DNA from: Phoronis australis
Lineage: Eukaryota > Animalia > Phoronida
Direction: 5' to 3'
Assembly: GCA_002633005.1 (NCBI GenBank)
Contig: NMRA01000057.1
Location: forward strand, 749,499 to 813,498
Length of the DNA stretch: 64,000 nt
Within the stretch, counting starts at the first letter, position 1, and each line of letters begins with the position of its first letter. The notes beneath the pieces were generated by a model. It ran no database searches, was not told where the DNA came from, and was given only the letters and a program-made list of their open reading frames with translations. Both the position numbers and the translations under genes were made by a program. Positions 63,101 to 64,000 of the stretch are shown here, one piece after another.

Positions 63101-63591
63101 TGCTTTCTCCAATAGGATCACATGCGTCCAATTTGATTTAGACTCGCCAAATAGCTTTGAAAACCAAAATTGCCAGAAGAAAGTGCTACAGTAGAACAAT
63201 ACGAAAATGAAGGCAGGTCATGGGTCTCCTCAGTGGGAACACACACCTGTAACTACCATGGTGATTCTTCACGCGGCTTCTGGATATCTAGGCCACATTT
63301 TATCGCATGGGGAGGGGGGGAGGGAGGGAGGTTGGGGTCCATTGTTGTCTCAGCGAGAGTCAAAAGAACCAAGTTTGAACGAAATCACCAAATAACATTT
63401 ATTGGTTTAACATCTTTTTGGAAATCAAAAATAGTTTACTACGAATGGCTCGATTTTTCGAATACCTGAGAAAGTTTTTACAGTAATAAGTTGTCTCTTT
63501 GGCGTTGCTGTCAATAACAAAACAATAGAAATGAGAATGCTTACCGATGGTTTGCGACAGTCTTCATCTGTTTGACCATCTCCGTCGTTGT
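56848..63591 (-). CDS. Gene C (5'-incomplete): tandem acidic Cys modules - collagen (about 50 triplets) - 2 cbEGF - truncated EGF - TM - tail. Exons: 63591-63545, 62639-62555, 61900-61862, 61687-61569, 60820-60466, 60008-59886, 59334-59212, 57816-57706, 57131-56848
   Basis: Nine phase-consistent exons. The exon layout mirrors gene B (12-triplet exon, about 38-triplet exon, two 123-nt EGF exons). Confidence 0.85.
57706..57816 (-). CDS. Gene C truncated 4-Cys EGF exon
   Basis: [37 protein letters not shown]. Confidence 0.86.
58119..59143 (+). mobile_element. Second full copy of the ~1-kb hAT-like element, in a gene C intron
   Basis: cagtagcggatctag...ctaaatccgcctatg, flanked by tgact on both sides. 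Confidence 0.8.
59212..59334 (-). CDS. Gene C cbEGF exon
   Basis: [41 protein letters not shown]. Confidence 0.9.
59886..60008 (-). CDS. Gene C cbEGF exon
   Basis: [41 protein letters not shown]. Confidence 0.9.
   Translation of the reverse strand: MLTSVLLTTAAARINAPTYLEASVVNAKLDINLIAISEPA
60466..60820 (-). CDS. Gene C collagen exon 2
   Basis: GDPGSRGNP...GPSGAE with one SQVA interruption. Confidence 0.9.
61569..61687 (-). CDS. Gene C collagen exon 1 (12 triplets)
   Basis: [39 protein letters not shown]. Confidence 0.87.
61862..61900 (-). CDS. Gene C 39-nt micro-exon [13 protein letters not shown]
   Basis: ttttcag/gtaagt boundaries, phase 1 at both ends. Confidence 0.8.
62555..62639 (-). 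CDS. Gene C exon [30 protein letters not shown] donor
   Basis: ttacag acceptor and G|GCAAGT donor. Confidence 0.83.
63545..63591 (-). CDS. Gene C micro-exon [16 protein letters not shown]
   Basis: ttgcag/gtaagc boundaries; paralogous to the second half of the acidic module. Confidence 0.8.
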
Positions 63592-64000
63592 CTGCAACAA
63601 AAAGTGATAGCACAGAGTCAAAGAACTTTCTAATATCTTCAACTATATACCAAGGAGTATCCAAGTACGAAACAGCTTTTTAGTTTCATTGACATGGGTG
63701 AGCTTCAAAAGTGGAGCCTTCACATGTATATTAGCATAGGCGACCCACTTCTGAGGTCAGAAATTGATTTTTGCTGGGGTCATTAAACAAGAATAAACCG
63801 TTGCAACTTTTCAACCTTTATATATTGACAGAAACTTTAATTCCGTCCTAGCATACGTTGTAACTACTTGGTGCATGCATTATCAAACCACAATAGTAGA
63901 TATTCATATCCGAATGCTCAAACAAACAACCCGTAATAGGCTATATGAAATATCATGTAAATTTGAATGAAGATCAAATGATTTCTATGAAAGTACATGA

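Overview
This is eukaryotic (animal) genomic DNA: AT-rich, intron-rich and repeat-rich, with assembly gaps. The gene content suggests a marine invertebrate, possibly lophotrochozoan, but that is inference. I reconstructed the spliced genes by hand from splice sites and phase continuity. (1) A minus-strand calpain, 15421 to 190 or beyond, with an intact Cys/His/Asn triad, a C2-like domain and an N-terminal MGAC acylation motif. (2) An intronless plus-strand NAT8/camello-like membrane GNAT acetyltransferase (4051-4740) nested in a 7.8-kb calpain intron. (3) A head-to-tail minus-strand cluster of three paralogous type I membrane proteins sharing a collagen + EGF + truncated 4-Cys EGF + TM core with different N-termini. 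Gene A (33871-21235, about 1262 aa) has two FCGBP-N/IgGFc-binding domains, each followed by an acidic [12 protein letters not shown] module. Gene B (48517-40143, about 363 aa) has no head domain. Gene C (beyond 63591 to 56848, 5'-incomplete) has tandem acidic modules. Three of the 23 introns I resolved in the cluster use GC donors. The non-coding DNA holds Helentron-associated (HINE/DINE-like) elements, hAT-, Harbinger- and Kolobok-like MITEs, a degenerate non-LTR RNase H, a CR1/L2-type 3' fragment, minisatellites and gap-associated duplications. All family assignments come from motif recognition only; no database searches were run.
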